Source of the DNA: Histomonas meleagridis 2922-C6/04-290x
Lineage: Eukaryota; Protista; Parabasalia
Reading direction: 5' to 3'
Assembly (NCBI GenBank): GCA_020184695.1
Contig: JAANOX010000035.1
Span: 248,001 to 312,000 of the forward strand
DNA: 64,000 nucleotides
Part shown: one piece after another, positions 1 through 11,506 of the stretch
Position numbering within the stretch: position 1 is the first letter of the stretch
Layout: every line of letters begins with the position of its first letter
Translations under genes and position numbers: made by a program
Notes under the pieces: generated by a model
What the model was told of the DNA's origin: nothing
Database searches by the model: none
Seen by the model: only the letters and a program-made list of their open reading frames with translations

Positions 1-3
1 ACT

Positions 4-10
4 TCATTTT
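4..10 (+). promoter_or_regulatory. Initiator (Inr)-like element TCATTTT
   Basis: TCATTTT ends 6 nt before the ATG at 17, matching the parabasalid Inr (TCA+1YT/A). A similar TCATTTTT precedes the ATG at 11507. Confidence 0.6.
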
Positions 11-16
11 CAAAAA

Positions 17-1264
17 ATGTCCGAACATTCTTGCATAACATTAGATGACGTTAAAGAGGCAAGAGAAAGAATCAAGGACGAGGCAGTTGTTACCCCATTA
101 ACACATCCAAACAATCTTGCGAAAATGTGTGGATGTAATCTTTACTTAAAGGTTGAAGCACTTCAAAGATGCAAGGCATTCAAATTCAGAGGTGCCTTAA
201 ACAAGATGAGGACACTCCCAGAGGGTACAACGGTTGTTTGTGTTAGTGCTGGAAATCATTCTCAAGGTGTTGCACTTGCTGCATCTTTATGTAAGTGTAA
301 ATCCATCATTTACATGCCAGAGAATGCATCGATTGCTAAAGTTAATGCAACAAAACATTACGGTGGAAATGTTGTTCAAGTTGGTGAAACTTTTGATGAT
401 GCCAAAAGAGAAATGGAAAAGGCTCTAGCTGAACACCCTGACTGGGTATTCGTACCTCCATACAATGATAAGTATATCATTGCTGGAACAGGAACTATTG
501 GTCTTGAAATATATGAACAAGCTGAAAAGATTGATACTGTTGTTGTTCCAATTGGTGGTGGTGGCCTTATCAGTGGTGTTGCATTCACACTCAAGAAGCT
601 TATGCCAAATGTCAGAATTGTTGGTGTTCAAATGGCTTCATGCCCTGAAACTTACAAACTTTTCAACAAGCAAAAGAAGCGGATTGTAGATCCTCTCCCA
701 AAGGAAACCAAAACACCACTTGCTGATGGCATTGCTGTTAAAAGTCCAGGAGATCTCAATCTTGACATTATATACCATTACGTTGACGACGTTGTTGTTG
801 TATCTGAAGATGATGTTGCAATTGCCGTTGCTCTTTTAGCCGAGCGCGCAAAACTTGTCTGCGAAGGTGCAGGAGCATCATCATTTGCAGCCGTTTATTC
901 GAAGAAGTTTTACTTTGAAGAAAACGAAAACATTTGTTGCGTCATTAGTGGTGGTAACATTGAACTTAAGATGCTTTCAAGATGTATTGATCGAGCATTG
1001 TTCCTTCGTAGCACAAGATTGATGATTGAAGTTGTTCTTCCATATGGAACAGTCAATTATTCCAAGTTCTTAAGTATCCTTGTCCAAAATCATATTGATG
1101 TTCTTTCTGCTGTATCATTACCACACGTTGATGTGTACGCAAATAAGGAACATTATAATTTGACTGTGGATATTCCGAACATGACTGCCTATGAAAATGT
1201 TAAGGCAAGTTGCGCTGAAAAAGGTTGGGTGGTAACTCAACTTAGCTCAGCTGCAGTTGATTGA
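17..1264 (+). CDS. Threonine/serine dehydratase (PLP-dependent, fold type II) with a C-terminal ACT-like domain
   Basis: LKVEALQRCKAFKFRGALN (PLP lysine motif), SAGNHSQGVA, VPIGGGGLISG, TPLADGIAV and EGAGA motifs; 415 aa. Confidence 0.92.
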   Translation: MSEHSCITLDDVKEARERIKDEAVVTPLTHPNNLAKMCGCNLYLKVEALQRCKAFKFRGALNKMRTLPEGTTVVCVSAGNHSQGVALAASLCKCKSIIYMPENASIAKVNATKHYGGNVVQVGETFDDAKREMEKALAEHPDWVFVPPYNDKYIIAGTGTIGLEIYEQAEKIDTVVVPIGGGGLISGVAFTLKKLMPNVRIVGVQMASCPETYKLFNKQKKRIVDPLPKETKTPLADGIAVKSPGDLNLDIIYHYVDDVVVVSEDDVAIAVALLAERAKLVCEGAGASSFAAVYSKKFYFEENENICCVISGGNIELKMLSRCIDRALFLRSTRLMIEVVLPYGTVNYSKFLSILVQNHIDVLSAVSLPHVDVYANKEHYNLTVDIPNMTAYENVKASCAEKGWVVTQLSSAAVD

Positions 1265-1785
1265 AATAGTGAAGTACCTTAATTGGTAATAAAAAGAAAA
1301 ATGAATAATTGTTTGGTTATGAAAATCATTTGTTGTTTCTTGAAACATAAGCATCAGGAGTCTTGTTCTTGGAGATGATGAGAAAGAGTGAAGTGAAGTG
1401 ATGCAAATTTTTATCGAATGTTCGGAATTTTAGCTGTTAAAAAAGTATGGAGTTAAATGACATTTTAATGTTAACAATGTTATTCCTAATAAGGATTTAA
1501 GATATATAGAAAAGAAATTGATATAATAAAATATAAATTTATCTAACGTTAATGTCAGACTCATAAAAAAATATAATTATATTAAATATCTACTCATTAT
1601 GTTCATTTATTTATAATATTAAATGGTCTTATTTCTTTATATTTAAAAATTGATCTGAGAAAAAATCATTTTGGCAAGAGTAATTTTTCTTTGATTATGC
1701 ATTAATTATTTTCAACTAAGAGTATATAAAAATTTGTTAGTCATATTTTATGCTTTTTTTAAATTTTTACATTTTTAGTTGTAAA

Positions 1786-1793
1786 AAAGTGAC
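1786..1793 (+). promoter_or_regulatory. AAAGTGAC motif (trichomonad M2-like core promoter element)
   Basis: Exact AAAGTGAC ending 2 nt before the ATG at 1796. A related AAAAGTGTCA lies upstream of the cyclin gene (minus strand) and at about 49775. Confidence 0.4.
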
Positions 1794-1795
1794 AG

Positions 1796-4700
1796 ATGAA
1801 ACATCTTAATACCAAAGGACTAACAATTCCAACAAATGCAAATGATATGATAAAACAATGCAAAACATTCAAAAAACAAGAATTTAATCGAATTTCTAAT
1901 TTATCCTTTGGTGAACTAAATTCTTTTGTTGATGCATCATTTAAAAGAGTCAAAGAATTCACTGTTTCTAATGATCAAAAGCAAACCATTAAAACTTGCT
2001 ATATGATTTATTGTCTAAACGAGTTATGTCCTGAGAGAAAAAATGAACTCATTTTAGAAATTAATAGAATAAATATAGAAAGGAATCAACAAGCTCAAAT
2101 TTTTCTTTCATATGTTGCATCACATGTATATTGCAAAGTTGATAGTTCTATGGTACATTCAAAACTTGAGAAATGTTCATCAAATTTAGAATCACAGATA
2201 GACTGTATAACGTCAGCATACTTTCTTTATTATCTTACGATTTATTCACCCAAATCTGTTTTAATTAATTCCACCTTTTTTCTAAAGATATTACTTAAAT
2301 CATTAGAAATCAAAAACATTGAAATCCGACGAATAATATCCAAAACATTAGGTATTTACTTGGGCATTCTCAAGCGCACACTTCAATCTGCATTAGAACA
2401 GACCTCATTACAATTATTAGAATTTGCCAATTCCAAATTATCCAATGAATACACTTCACTTTACATATCATTATTAGTATATAAAGAACTCCTTAAGCAA
2501 CAACAATATTCCCTTTTTAAGTCGCCTGAAATTTTATATAAAAACTTAATGACAATTTCACATGTTAACATTCATGAAATTCATACAGAATCATTACATT
2601 GTTTTGTATTAGCGATACCATTAAATCCAAAATTATTTCAAGAGAATTATTTAGAAAATGTAATACGACTTTTAATGGCCGATAATTTAGTCCGAAACAT
2701 TACAAAATGTTCTGCGTCATCATATGTTAAAGTTATGACATATTTTCCACAATATTTAAGTACAACAGCGGAAAACAATTTCCAAATTTTAAGGACAATG
2801 TTATGTCCAAATGGTATTAAGCAAGGGTTTAAGTTATTAAAAGTATTATCAGAGAAACAACCACAATATATTACAAAGAATATTCATATGATTTGTTCTA
2901 TATTAAGTTCAACAAATATAACAAAAGATTTTGTTAAATTTGTTCCTTCTTTGTTCATACAATTTTCTAATTTATGGAATGAATTTCTTAAGACATTTTC
3001 GAAGAAGATAACAACAGAAATCAAAAAGACGCCAAATGCATTACAATTAAAATTATTAAATTCATGTCCATCGATTAATAACAATGAATTATTAAATACT
3101 TTAATGTCGTTATTAAAATATAATAATTATTTAATAAGGAAAAATGTACCACCAGCAATATTTAAACATTTAGAATTCTTAAGTTTAAATGAAAGTAAAG
3201 ATTTGATTTATAAGTTATTAAAACATGCATTATTAGAAAAAGAAACAATTGTTCGAAAAGTTATCTTAAAATCAATACCAGAAAAGTATATACAATATTT
3301 AACATCAAGTACATTAATACAATTTTTAGAATCTTTTGCAAATGATGAATGTTTTTCAGTACGTAAAATCGCAATAAAATTATTAGTTAAAGCATCGAAT
3401 TTCAATCCTTTTAGAGCATTACCAACAATTCGTAGGATATTATTAGATAATTTATTTTTATTAAATTCACAACAAGGAAATTTATTACGGAAAGAAACAA
3501 GTGAATTATTATTAATATTAATGAAATCAACAGAATCAATTTTATCAATTTATGCTTCATCAATATGTAATATTACACTTGAACATTTTACTCAACCTTC
3601 TCGTAGAGAGAAAACTGATTTTGACTTAAAATTTTATTACAAAATATCAATTAATTTATCAAAAGCTATTAAAATAATATCTGATAAAGATATTAAATTA
3701 ATTTCTCATTATTCGGAATTTTTAGATGTATTTTTAAATGTATTACAACAAAGCACATCGAAAAAATTAAAAATTTCTGTTGTCTCAACTTTAACATCAT
3801 TAATATCAAATAATAATCATATTTTTAAAATAAATCGAAAAGAAATTTATCGGAAAATTCAAAATGCTTCAAAATGGAATTCTACAAAATTAAATATATC
3901 AATATTAAAACTTTTAGGTCTAATTGGTGCTATTGATCAAGATTTAACAGATATTATTAATGATAATGAAAAAATTTATCAATTAAGTTTCGATATTGAC
4001 TTTAATAATCATCATGAATATTATATTCAAATAGTATGTAAAGTTTTATTAAATGTATTATTCGATGAATCTTTTAGTATGTATCATTTAAACGTAATGG
4101 AACAATTAATTTATGTATTTTCTAGTGGAGAACAAATTTGTTATCAATCATTTTTGAAATTCACAACATTTTTTTTTAATGAAATTCGAATAATTCGGAA
4201 TAAAAAGATATTAAGTTTAATGAAAATGTTTTGTGAAAAGATTCCTCCGCATTGGTTATCCGAATTTTCTGAAGAAATTATGAGTATAATATATGAATTA
4301 TGGAATTCAGATGTGATTAAAAATGTTTTAGAAGTTATATCTTCATTAGCTAATGTTTTATTAGATCAATTTGTCCCATTTTTACCTCAATGTATATCAT
4401 TATTATTAGATTGTTTATTTTCTTATCGATCGACAAATATAATCACAAGTAAATTTGCATTAATTTCTTTAGTTTCATTTAGATATATATCAAATGATTA
4501 TTTATTTTTAATAATACCCGAAATTATTAATGCTATAACTTATTCATTAACATTACAACAAACTCGAATCGATGCATTACATGCATTACGAGTTTATATT
4601 CAATCATGTGATTGTATAAATTTTAGTGCGTCAATAGTTAGATGTATTATTTATTGTATTAATTTACAAGATGTTCAAATAACAGAAGTAGCATTACAAG

Positions 4701-7700
4701 TATTATATTCTTTACAAGTTTCTTTAGGGACTTATTTTGCTGTATATCAACAAATGATAACAGAGAAATTAACGCAATTTCATATTCCTTTAAATAATTT
4801 CCAATTAATCGCGAGTAAATCACCTCCATTACGATTTGAAGATTTTTGTTTTATAGATACAAGTGATATAAGTATTAAACCTACAAAAACTATCAAAAAT
4901 AAAATATATAAAACTCAAAATATTCCTTTAGATTTCGCTATTATTTATAATGGTGAAGAAACTCCTTGGGGTCGAAAAGAATGGTTTAAAAAAGTATTAT
5001 ATTCTTCAATCGTTAATTCGCCTGAGCCTTATATTTCAAGTTTATCTAAATTCGTGAATGATATACCACAAATATGTGAAAACTTATTTTTCGCTGCTTT
5101 TTTAAGTTGTTGGGAAGAAATGTCGGAAGATAAATGTAAAATTATTAGGGATTCATTAACTAAAGCTTTCGATTCTAAATATTTAATAGGTAATACACAA
5201 TTTTTTTTGATGAATTTAATTGATTTTATGGAAAAAGCAAATTCATCATTAAATATATCGCCAATTATTTTATGTAAAAATTGTCAAAATTCTGGACAAT
5301 ATTCAAATGCATATTGTTTAGCTAATAAATGGTATGATGATACTAAATCGAATGAATCAATATGTTCAATATTTAAACTTTCTTCTATTTTAGGCTTAAG
5401 AGAAACAGTAATTGGATTAAAAATTAAATTTTCGGATATTTTAAGTCAAAAGTTTATTGAAGATGAGAATTTTAATGAATTAAATTCATTACTTAATTGG
5501 AATTATTTTAATGAAATTCATACACATTCAGAACTATATGAGAAAATTGATTTATTAAAGAATGATTCGAATTTAATTATTAATAATAATTCGAAGAATA
5601 TATTTCATATGATATATAAAGCATATTTAGAATATAAAAATAATAATTTAGAAAAATCAAAAGAAATTATCGAAAATGGTTTTATCCAATTAGCTAAAAA
5701 TGCACAAAATATTTATAAATATGATAAATCAATGTTATATTCATCTGTTTTAGCATCAATGGAATTAACAGAATTAAATGAAATAATTAATAATAAAGTC
5801 GATGAAAAGATATGGAAAGAAAGATTATCATTTTGTCGTAAAAGTTTTTTAGTATATGATTCGATATTTTCGATTCGTTTTTTATATTCTAAATCAATTA
5901 ATGATTGTATATTATTATTAAAACGCGCATTAAAAACTCGCGATTGGAAATTATATGATTTAGTATATAATAAACATTTTTCTAATATTGAAATTACTAA
6001 TGAAGTTAAATATGTTCAAGCACGTTCTATATGGGAAAGAGGGGAAAAAATGAAATCATTAGAATATTTAGAACAAATTAATATCGAAAATGAGTCGAAT
6101 AAAATCATTGCATCGAAAATATCATTTTTACATGGGCAATATTTAATTAGAAGTGTACCACCTATTAAAGCAATCACAATTATTAATAATGCATTACCTT
6201 ATTTAGTGTTATCTACAAAATTAAACCCAGATAATTATAAAGCTTGGCATAGATGGGCTTGGGCATCAGAACAAATATATCATTCTGATATTAAAAACAT
6301 TAATAGTTGTATTAACTCAATAAATGGATTTATTAAATGTGTAAAATTACATCCAAACAATTCATTTTCTGATTTGATACAACTTGTTTCATTATTTTTT
6401 TCGATCGAATTAGATGATGAAAACTTTACAAATGTTTCACAATGTATTTCATTAATTGGAGATTCTTTATTATTAAAAATTATTCCACAATTATTTTCAC
6501 AACTTTCATCGAATAATATTAAATTATCGAAATTTATCATCGAATTAATCTCTGGAATGTTACCTAATCATTTTCATATCTTATTATATCCTTTATTCTT
6601 CTTAACGCAACCAGATTTAAATAATGAATCACAATTAGAAATAGCAAAAAATATTTTATACCGATTCGAATCAGATAATCCTAAAGCTAAAAATCAAGGC
6701 GAAATAATATATAATGGATTAATAAGTGCATCTAATTCACGATTAGAGAAATGGCTTGAAACATTATTTAAATTACCGATTTATATTAAAAAACGTGATT
6801 TTAAACATATGATAGAAATAATTGAACTTGAATTAAAGGCTCCAATCAAATGTAATTTTGATAAAAGTTTTGATAATTCTCATAAAACAGAAATATTAAC
6901 AATATTAAATAAGCTTAAACAACTTAATATGTTTTATTCTCAAAAAGAGTTTTCTCGAATGGTTGATTTAATCACTAAATTAAGTGATCAATTAAAACAA
7001 GAAATTAATGAATTACGTATATTACAATTAAACAATGTATCACCAGAATTAAGTAAACTAACTGATTCGATCATAGCTATACCTGGTACATATTCTATTG
7101 GTTCTGAACTAATAACAATTTCATCATTTAACCCAACATTAGAAATAATTACATCGAAACAACATCCACGATTAATAATAATTAATGGCAATGATGGTTC
7201 TAAACATACTTCATTATTAAAAGGACATGAAGATTTACGATTAGATCAACAAATAATGCAATTCTTCGAGTTAATGAATATGCATATTGGTAATGATTTC
7301 CCACGTGAAAATCGATCATTAAAACTTCATTGTTATTCGATAACTCCATTAACTACTAATTGTGGATTAATCCAATATTTACTTAATACAGATACATTAT
7401 TCTCATTAATATGTCAATATCGAAAACAACGAAACATTAATCCATTTATCGAGAAAATCGAATGTAATAAAATATATATCGAAAACATTGACTCATTACG
7501 TCCTATTCAACGACTTGAATATATTAATGAGTTTTCGAACACAATACCTAATAATGATTTACGTGATATAATATATTTACAAAGTAGTAACTCAATGAAT
7601 TGGATTTCACGAACTTTAAGGTTCGCACAAACTTCCGCTGTGATGTCAATCATTGGTTATATATTAGGTTTAGGTGATCGACATCCTTCGAATATAATGT

Positions 7701-8245
7701 TACATCGAATTTCAAGTGATATTATACATATCGATTTCGGTGATTGTTTCGAAGTGAGTAAAATTCGTAAAAGTTTCCCCGAAACTGTACCTTTTAGATT
7801 AACAAGAATGATTAGAAACGCTTTCGGCCCTTCGGAGATTGAAGGTGACTTTCGAATAATATGTGAACAAACAATGAAATTATGTCGAGCACATCGAGAA
7901 AGTATAATGACTGTTCTGGACATATTTTTGAAGGTTCCTTTGGAATGCACTGAAAATAATAATAATGTTAAAAAGAGAAGATCTGTCCCGGATACAAATT
8001 TAAGAGGAAAATTATCAGGTAATTCTTTGCATTTGTATGAAAATATAGAAAGTAATAACAAGGATGATAACGTAAAGGTAAACATTAGATCTGCAATGAA
8101 TAAAATAGTCGAAAAATTAACAGGAAGAGAATTCGATAAAGAAAAGGAATTAAATGTACAACAACAAGTGGAATTACTAATACAAGATGCAACGGATAAT
8201 TATAACTTGGCTTATATGTTCCATGGTTGGACACCTCTTTGGTAG
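1796..8245 (+). CDS. TOR: TOR-like PIKK-family kinase (HEAT repeats, FAT, kinase, FATC)
   Basis: LLKGHEDLRLDQQIMQFF, GYILGLGDRHPSNIML, IHIDFGDCFE, PETVPFRLTRM and C-terminal FATC YNLAYMFHGWTPLW; 2149 aa. The exact start codon is uncertain. Confidence 0.85.
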   Translation: MKHLNTKGLTIPTNANDMIKQCKTFKKQEFNRISNLSFGELNSFVDASFKRVKEFTVSNDQKQTIKTCYMIYCLNELCPERKNELILEINRINIERNQQAQIFLSYVASHVYCKVDSSMVHSKLEKCSSNLESQIDCITSAYFLYYLTIYSPKSVLINSTFFLKILLKSLEIKNIEIRRIISKTLGIYLGILKRTLQSALEQTSLQLLEFANSKLSNEYTSLYISLLVYKELLKQQQYSLFKSPEILYKNLMTISHVNIHEIHTESLHCFVLAIPLNPKLFQENYLENVIRLLMADNLVRNITKCSASSYVKVMTYFPQYLSTTAENNFQILRTMLCPNGIKQGFKLLKVLSEKQPQYITKNIHMICSILSSTNITKDFVKFVPSLFIQFSNLWNEFLKTFSKKITTEIKKTPNALQLKLLNSCPSINNNELLNTLMSLLKYNNYLIRKNVPPAIFKHLEFLSLNESKDLIYKLLKHALLEKETIVRKVILKSIPEKYIQYLTSSTLIQFLESFANDECFSVRKIAIKLLVKASNFNPFRALPTIRRILLDNLFLLNSQQGNLLRKETSELLLILMKSTESILSIYASSICNITLEHFTQPSRREKTDFDLKFYYKISINLSKAIKIISDKDIKLISHYSEFLDVFLNVLQQSTSKKLKISVVSTLTSLISNNNHIFKINRKEIYRKIQNASKWNSTKLNISILKLLGLIGAIDQDLTDIINDNEKIYQLSFDIDFNNHHEYYIQIVCKVLLNVLFDESFSMYHLNVMEQLIYVFSSGEQICYQSFLKFTTFFFNEIRIIRNKKILSLMKMFCEKIPPHWLSEFSEEIMSIIYELWNSDVIKNVLEVISSLANVLLDQFVPFLPQCISLLLDCLFSYRSTNIITSKFALISLVSFRYISNDYLFLIIPEIINAITYSLTLQQTRIDALHALRVYIQSCDCINFSASIVRCIIYCINLQDVQITEVALQVLYSLQVSLGTYFAVYQQMITEKLTQFHIPLNNFQLIASKSPPLRFEDFCFIDTSDISIKPTKTIKNKIYKTQNIPLDFAIIYNGEETPWGRKEWFKKVLYSSIVNSPEPYISSLSKFVNDIPQICENLFFAAFLSCWEEMSEDKCKIIRDSLTKAFDSKYLIGNTQFFLMNLIDFMEKANSSLNISPIILCKNCQNSGQYSNAYCLANKWYDDTKSNESICSIFKLSSILGLRETVIGLKIKFSDILSQKFIEDENFNELNSLLNWNYFNEIHTHSELYEKIDLLKNDSNLIINNNSKNIFHMIYKAYLEYKNNNLEKSKEIIENGFIQLAKNAQNIYKYDKSMLYSSVLASMELTELNEIINNKVDEKIWKERLSFCRKSFLVYDSIFSIRFLYSKSINDCILLLKRALKTRDWKLYDLVYNKHFSNIEITNEVKYVQARSIWERGEKMKSLEYLEQINIENESNKIIASKISFLHGQYLIRSVPPIKAITIINNALPYLVLSTKLNPDNYKAWHRWAWASEQIYHSDIKNINSCINSINGFIKCVKLHPNNSFSDLIQLVSLFFSIELDDENFTNVSQCISLIGDSLLLKIIPQLFSQLSSNNIKLSKFIIELISGMLPNHFHILLYPLFFLTQPDLNNESQLEIAKNILYRFESDNPKAKNQGEIIYNGLISASNSRLEKWLETLFKLPIYIKKRDFKHMIEIIELELKAPIKCNFDKSFDNSHKTEILTILNKLKQLNMFYSQKEFSRMVDLITKLSDQLKQEINELRILQLNNVSPELSKLTDSIIAIPGTYSIGSELITISSFNPTLEIITSKQHPRLIIINGNDGSKHTSLLKGHEDLRLDQQIMQFFELMNMHIGNDFPRENRSLKLHCYSITPLTTNCGLIQYLLNTDTLFSLICQYRKQRNINPFIEKIECNKIYIENIDSLRPIQRLEYINEFSNTIPNNDLRDIIYLQSSNSMNWISRTLRFAQTSAVMSIIGYILGLGDRHPSNIMLHRISSDIIHIDFGDCFEVSKIRKSFPETVPFRLTRMIRNAFGPSEIEGDFRIICEQTMKLCRAHRESIMTVLDIFLKVPLECTENNNNVKKRRSVPDTNLRGKLSGNSLHLYENIESNNKDDNVKVNIRSAMNKIVEKLTGREFDKEKELNVQQQVELLIQDATDNYNLAYMFHGWTPLW

Positions 8246-8348
8246 ATTTGTTATATATATATATAAAATGTTTTTTTATATAAAAAAAATTTTTGTTGTT
8301 GTTGTGTGATGACACTTTTGTGTAAATGCTGATGGACGTTTAGTTATT

Positions 8349-9059
8349 ATGAGCTTCGGAAATGTGGATCTAAATGATTTAAATGAATATATGGATGATG
8401 ATAATGATGAAGCTCTAAGACATGCAATAGCAGCTTCGATTGAAGATCAAATAAATAGACCAATCGTCCCAATTTTGCCTGATGGAATTGATGATTCAAC
8501 TTTATTTCATAATCCTGTTGCTAGGAAAGCATTAGAAATACTTGAAAAAGTTAAGGTAACCCAACAGCGCCTTCAAAATTTAATTGATATGGATTTAAAT
8601 CCTACTGATCAATCGAAATCTTCAGATGATCTGAACTCAACTCAACAAATTATTCAAAGCCAAGATAGAGAGTACTTAGAAGCACTAGAGGAAGCTCAAA
8701 AGCGTGAGCAACAAGCTGAACAACCACAGGTCAATCCGACAATTGAAGAAACGACAGATGAAGATTATCCACAAATGATTCGAGATAGATTTTCTAAAAT
8801 AGGTAACGAGCCTGAAAATGGTATATGCATTGCAGTTCTTGCAGTAGATTCAAATATAAGATTTCAAAGAAAATTTTCGCCAAATGAATTAGGTGAAAAT
8901 GTATATGTTTGGGTTGCTGCACGGGACGAAATAATTGAAAAAAAGCTTTACTTAGGGGAATTTGATCTGGTCGGACCAATGAGTACACTCAAACCAGATG
9001 AAGTACTTGAATCACAACATGTGTCAAATAGAACTCTCTTCAAAATTATACCAAAGTAA
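8349..9059 (+). CDS. UBX/ubiquitin-like domain protein with an N-terminal UIM-like helix
   Basis: DDDNDEALRHAIAASIED is UIM-like; QDREYLEALEEAQKRE coiled coil; C-terminal RFQRKFSPNE...LESQHVSNRTLFKII resembles UBX. Confidence 0.6.
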   Translation: MSFGNVDLNDLNEYMDDDNDEALRHAIAASIEDQINRPIVPILPDGIDDSTLFHNPVARKALEILEKVKVTQQRLQNLIDMDLNPTDQSKSSDDLNSTQQIIQSQDREYLEALEEAQKREQQAEQPQVNPTIEETTDEDYPQMIRDRFSKIGNEPENGICIAVLAVDSNIRFQRKFSPNELGENVYVWVAARDEIIEKKLYLGEFDLVGPMSTLKPDEVLESQHVSNRTLFKIIPK

Positions 9060-9271
9060 AATATTTTTGTGTGTCTAATTCTAAGTGTTTTAATTATGCA
9101 AACAACAACGTAACATCTATTGATGCTAATTTTTCCCAATTTTAGAGGGAAAATGAAAACAGAACGAGTCCTATCCTGATTTTCTTATGAATTTTAAATA
9201 TTTTACCAATAATTGATATATTCTCATTACATATATCTAAAGATAACCAATTTTCAATGATGTGAATTGCT

Positions 9272-11051
9272 ATGCAAATAGAAAGCTATGCCGTCAACTT
9301 ACTAATATATCAAAATACCCAATTCATTTATGGTAATGCAAAAATATTTAAAAGATTTGAAAAAATTATTTATAATTTTATGCCTTCACAAGAATCTAAT
9401 TTTATACTAGAGAGACTTATTGATTTGGGAATAATATCTGATCGTGTAATAAGAAACAAAGACTTGTTTTATTTTGCACATCGATTAACAAAAAATGAAT
9501 TATTTAACGTTCAATACAATAAATTTAGTGATGAATTTTGTAAAATTCGTCTTGAAATTGAAGAAAATAATTGGGAACTTCATAAAAAATATATAAAAGA
9601 AGGACATAATTCAAATGAAATTGCAAAAATAAATCGAAATGATGAAATCGATAAACTTCAAGAAATAGCATCACAACCAACATTTAATATTAATCAAAAA
9701 ATCAAACCATCACTTTATGAAAGATGTTCATTTATAAATGAAAATTATGTTACATTAATTGATTATGCAGCATTTTTTGGCTCAATTAAATGTTTTAAAT
9801 ATTTACTTATGAATAGTGCTAATGTAAATAATACCTTTAAGTAGCAGGCGGAAATCTTGAAATCATTCATTTATGTGAACAAAATAATTCATCATTTGAT
9901 GGTGTATATGAAGCAGCAATTGAATACCATAGAAATGATATTTTTAAATATATTTATGAAAATCAAGGGTTAAAAGATTATTCACTCGGAAAATTAGGGA
10001 AAATTTGTGTCTTATATGCAAATTATAATATTTTTATGTTATTAATAGATGAAGGAATGAAAATTAATGAAAATATATTTAATGAACTTATTAAATTTGG
10101 AAATGTTTTTTTTAATATATAATTTTGTTGAAACAAAACTCAATCCAAAATATCCCTCAAGATCAAGTCTATCAGAAAAAGATGAATTAGACAACAATAT
10201 TCTTGAAAAATTTGAAGTTGATTTAAATTACAAGCATTTATGCTATTTTCATTTAAAATTTATTTTGGTAATATGATATTTAAAAATAATATTTAAAAAT
10301 TATTTATATATATTAAGACTTTTCTTATGGCATGTGAATATGGTCATGTTGATATAGTTAAATTGTTTCTTAAACAAAAAAACATGAAAAATACCAAAGT
10401 TATTTATTTCTTTTACTTATGATTTATTGTAATAATTTGATATTTCAATAAAATATTTGGAAATTATTTAGGACAGCTCTTATTATTGCATCTGAAAAAG
10501 GATACACTGAAATAGTTAAATTACTTCTAGAACAAAAAGGAATTAACGTTAATGCTAAAACTGAAAATTATTTTAATGTTTTGGAATTTCAAAACAATAT
10601 TATTCAAACTATTTGAAACACCACTTATGGTTGCATCAAAAAATAATCAGCAAGAAGTTGTTCAATTACTTCTTGAACAAGAAGAAATTGATGTCAATGC
10701 TATTGACATTCATTTATTTAATAAAATAAAAGTTCAAAATAAAACTTGGAAATTATTTGTATTATTTGATACAGCACTTATTTTTGCTTCATTAAATGGA
10801 AATACCGATATTGTATCATTGCTTGTTAAACATGAAAATATTAATATAAATTTAAAAAATATTATTTTGTTTTAATCAAATTTTGTTTTACTGATTTAAA
10901 ATTTTCTTATTGTTATTGGAGTTCATTTATATTTTGTAATAATGCGTTAATGATAGCATCAAAAAAAGGTTATGATAAAATAGTTAATATGCTAAAAATT
11001 GATTCTTTAATAACTCCAAAAGAAGAAAAACAAAAATGCTCAAATTCATAA
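9272..11051 (+). pseudogene. DUF3447-like ankyrin repeat gene, probably decaying, with 17-nt spacer arrays in five linkers
   Basis: IINRNDE-like segment and LIDYAAFFGSIKCFKYLL family motifs, followed by ankyrin repeats. Frameshifts near 9840 and 10110 are not explained by 17-mers. The final exon ends EEKQKCSNS* at 11051. Confidence 0.65.
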
Positions 11052-11506
11052 AACATGATCATGAATTAATTTCTTGCATTATTTTTTCTTATTTCTTAAG
11101 AGCAATTGCAATATTTTATTTTGTTTTTTCGACCAATTAAAAAAATTTAATAACATATTATTATATATTCTCTTGAACCTTTTATGAAATTGACATTTTT
11201 TTTTAAGATTGATATTATATTTTTCGCCATTCAAACTCATTATTTTTTAATATTTTAAGATTATTTTTTTTTTCATATTAAAATCCAAGATAAAAAAAGA
11301 AATTTTATTCATAATCAGAATTAAAAAAAAATTGTTGACTAAATATGATTGATTAAACTTATATCAATGAATTTTTTGTTTTTCCATAACAACAAGCACT
11401 CAATACTTAAACTTTTAAAAAAGTTTAAAAATTTTAATAAAAAGAGTAATATAATTTTTATGAAAAGATAAAATTATTTCTCCAAAAAATTATCAGATCA
11501 TTTTTA

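Noticed and set aside
11031-11051. C-terminal CSNS as a CaaX prenylation signal
   Set aside because: The a1/a2 residues are not aliphatic and the gene is probably disrupted.
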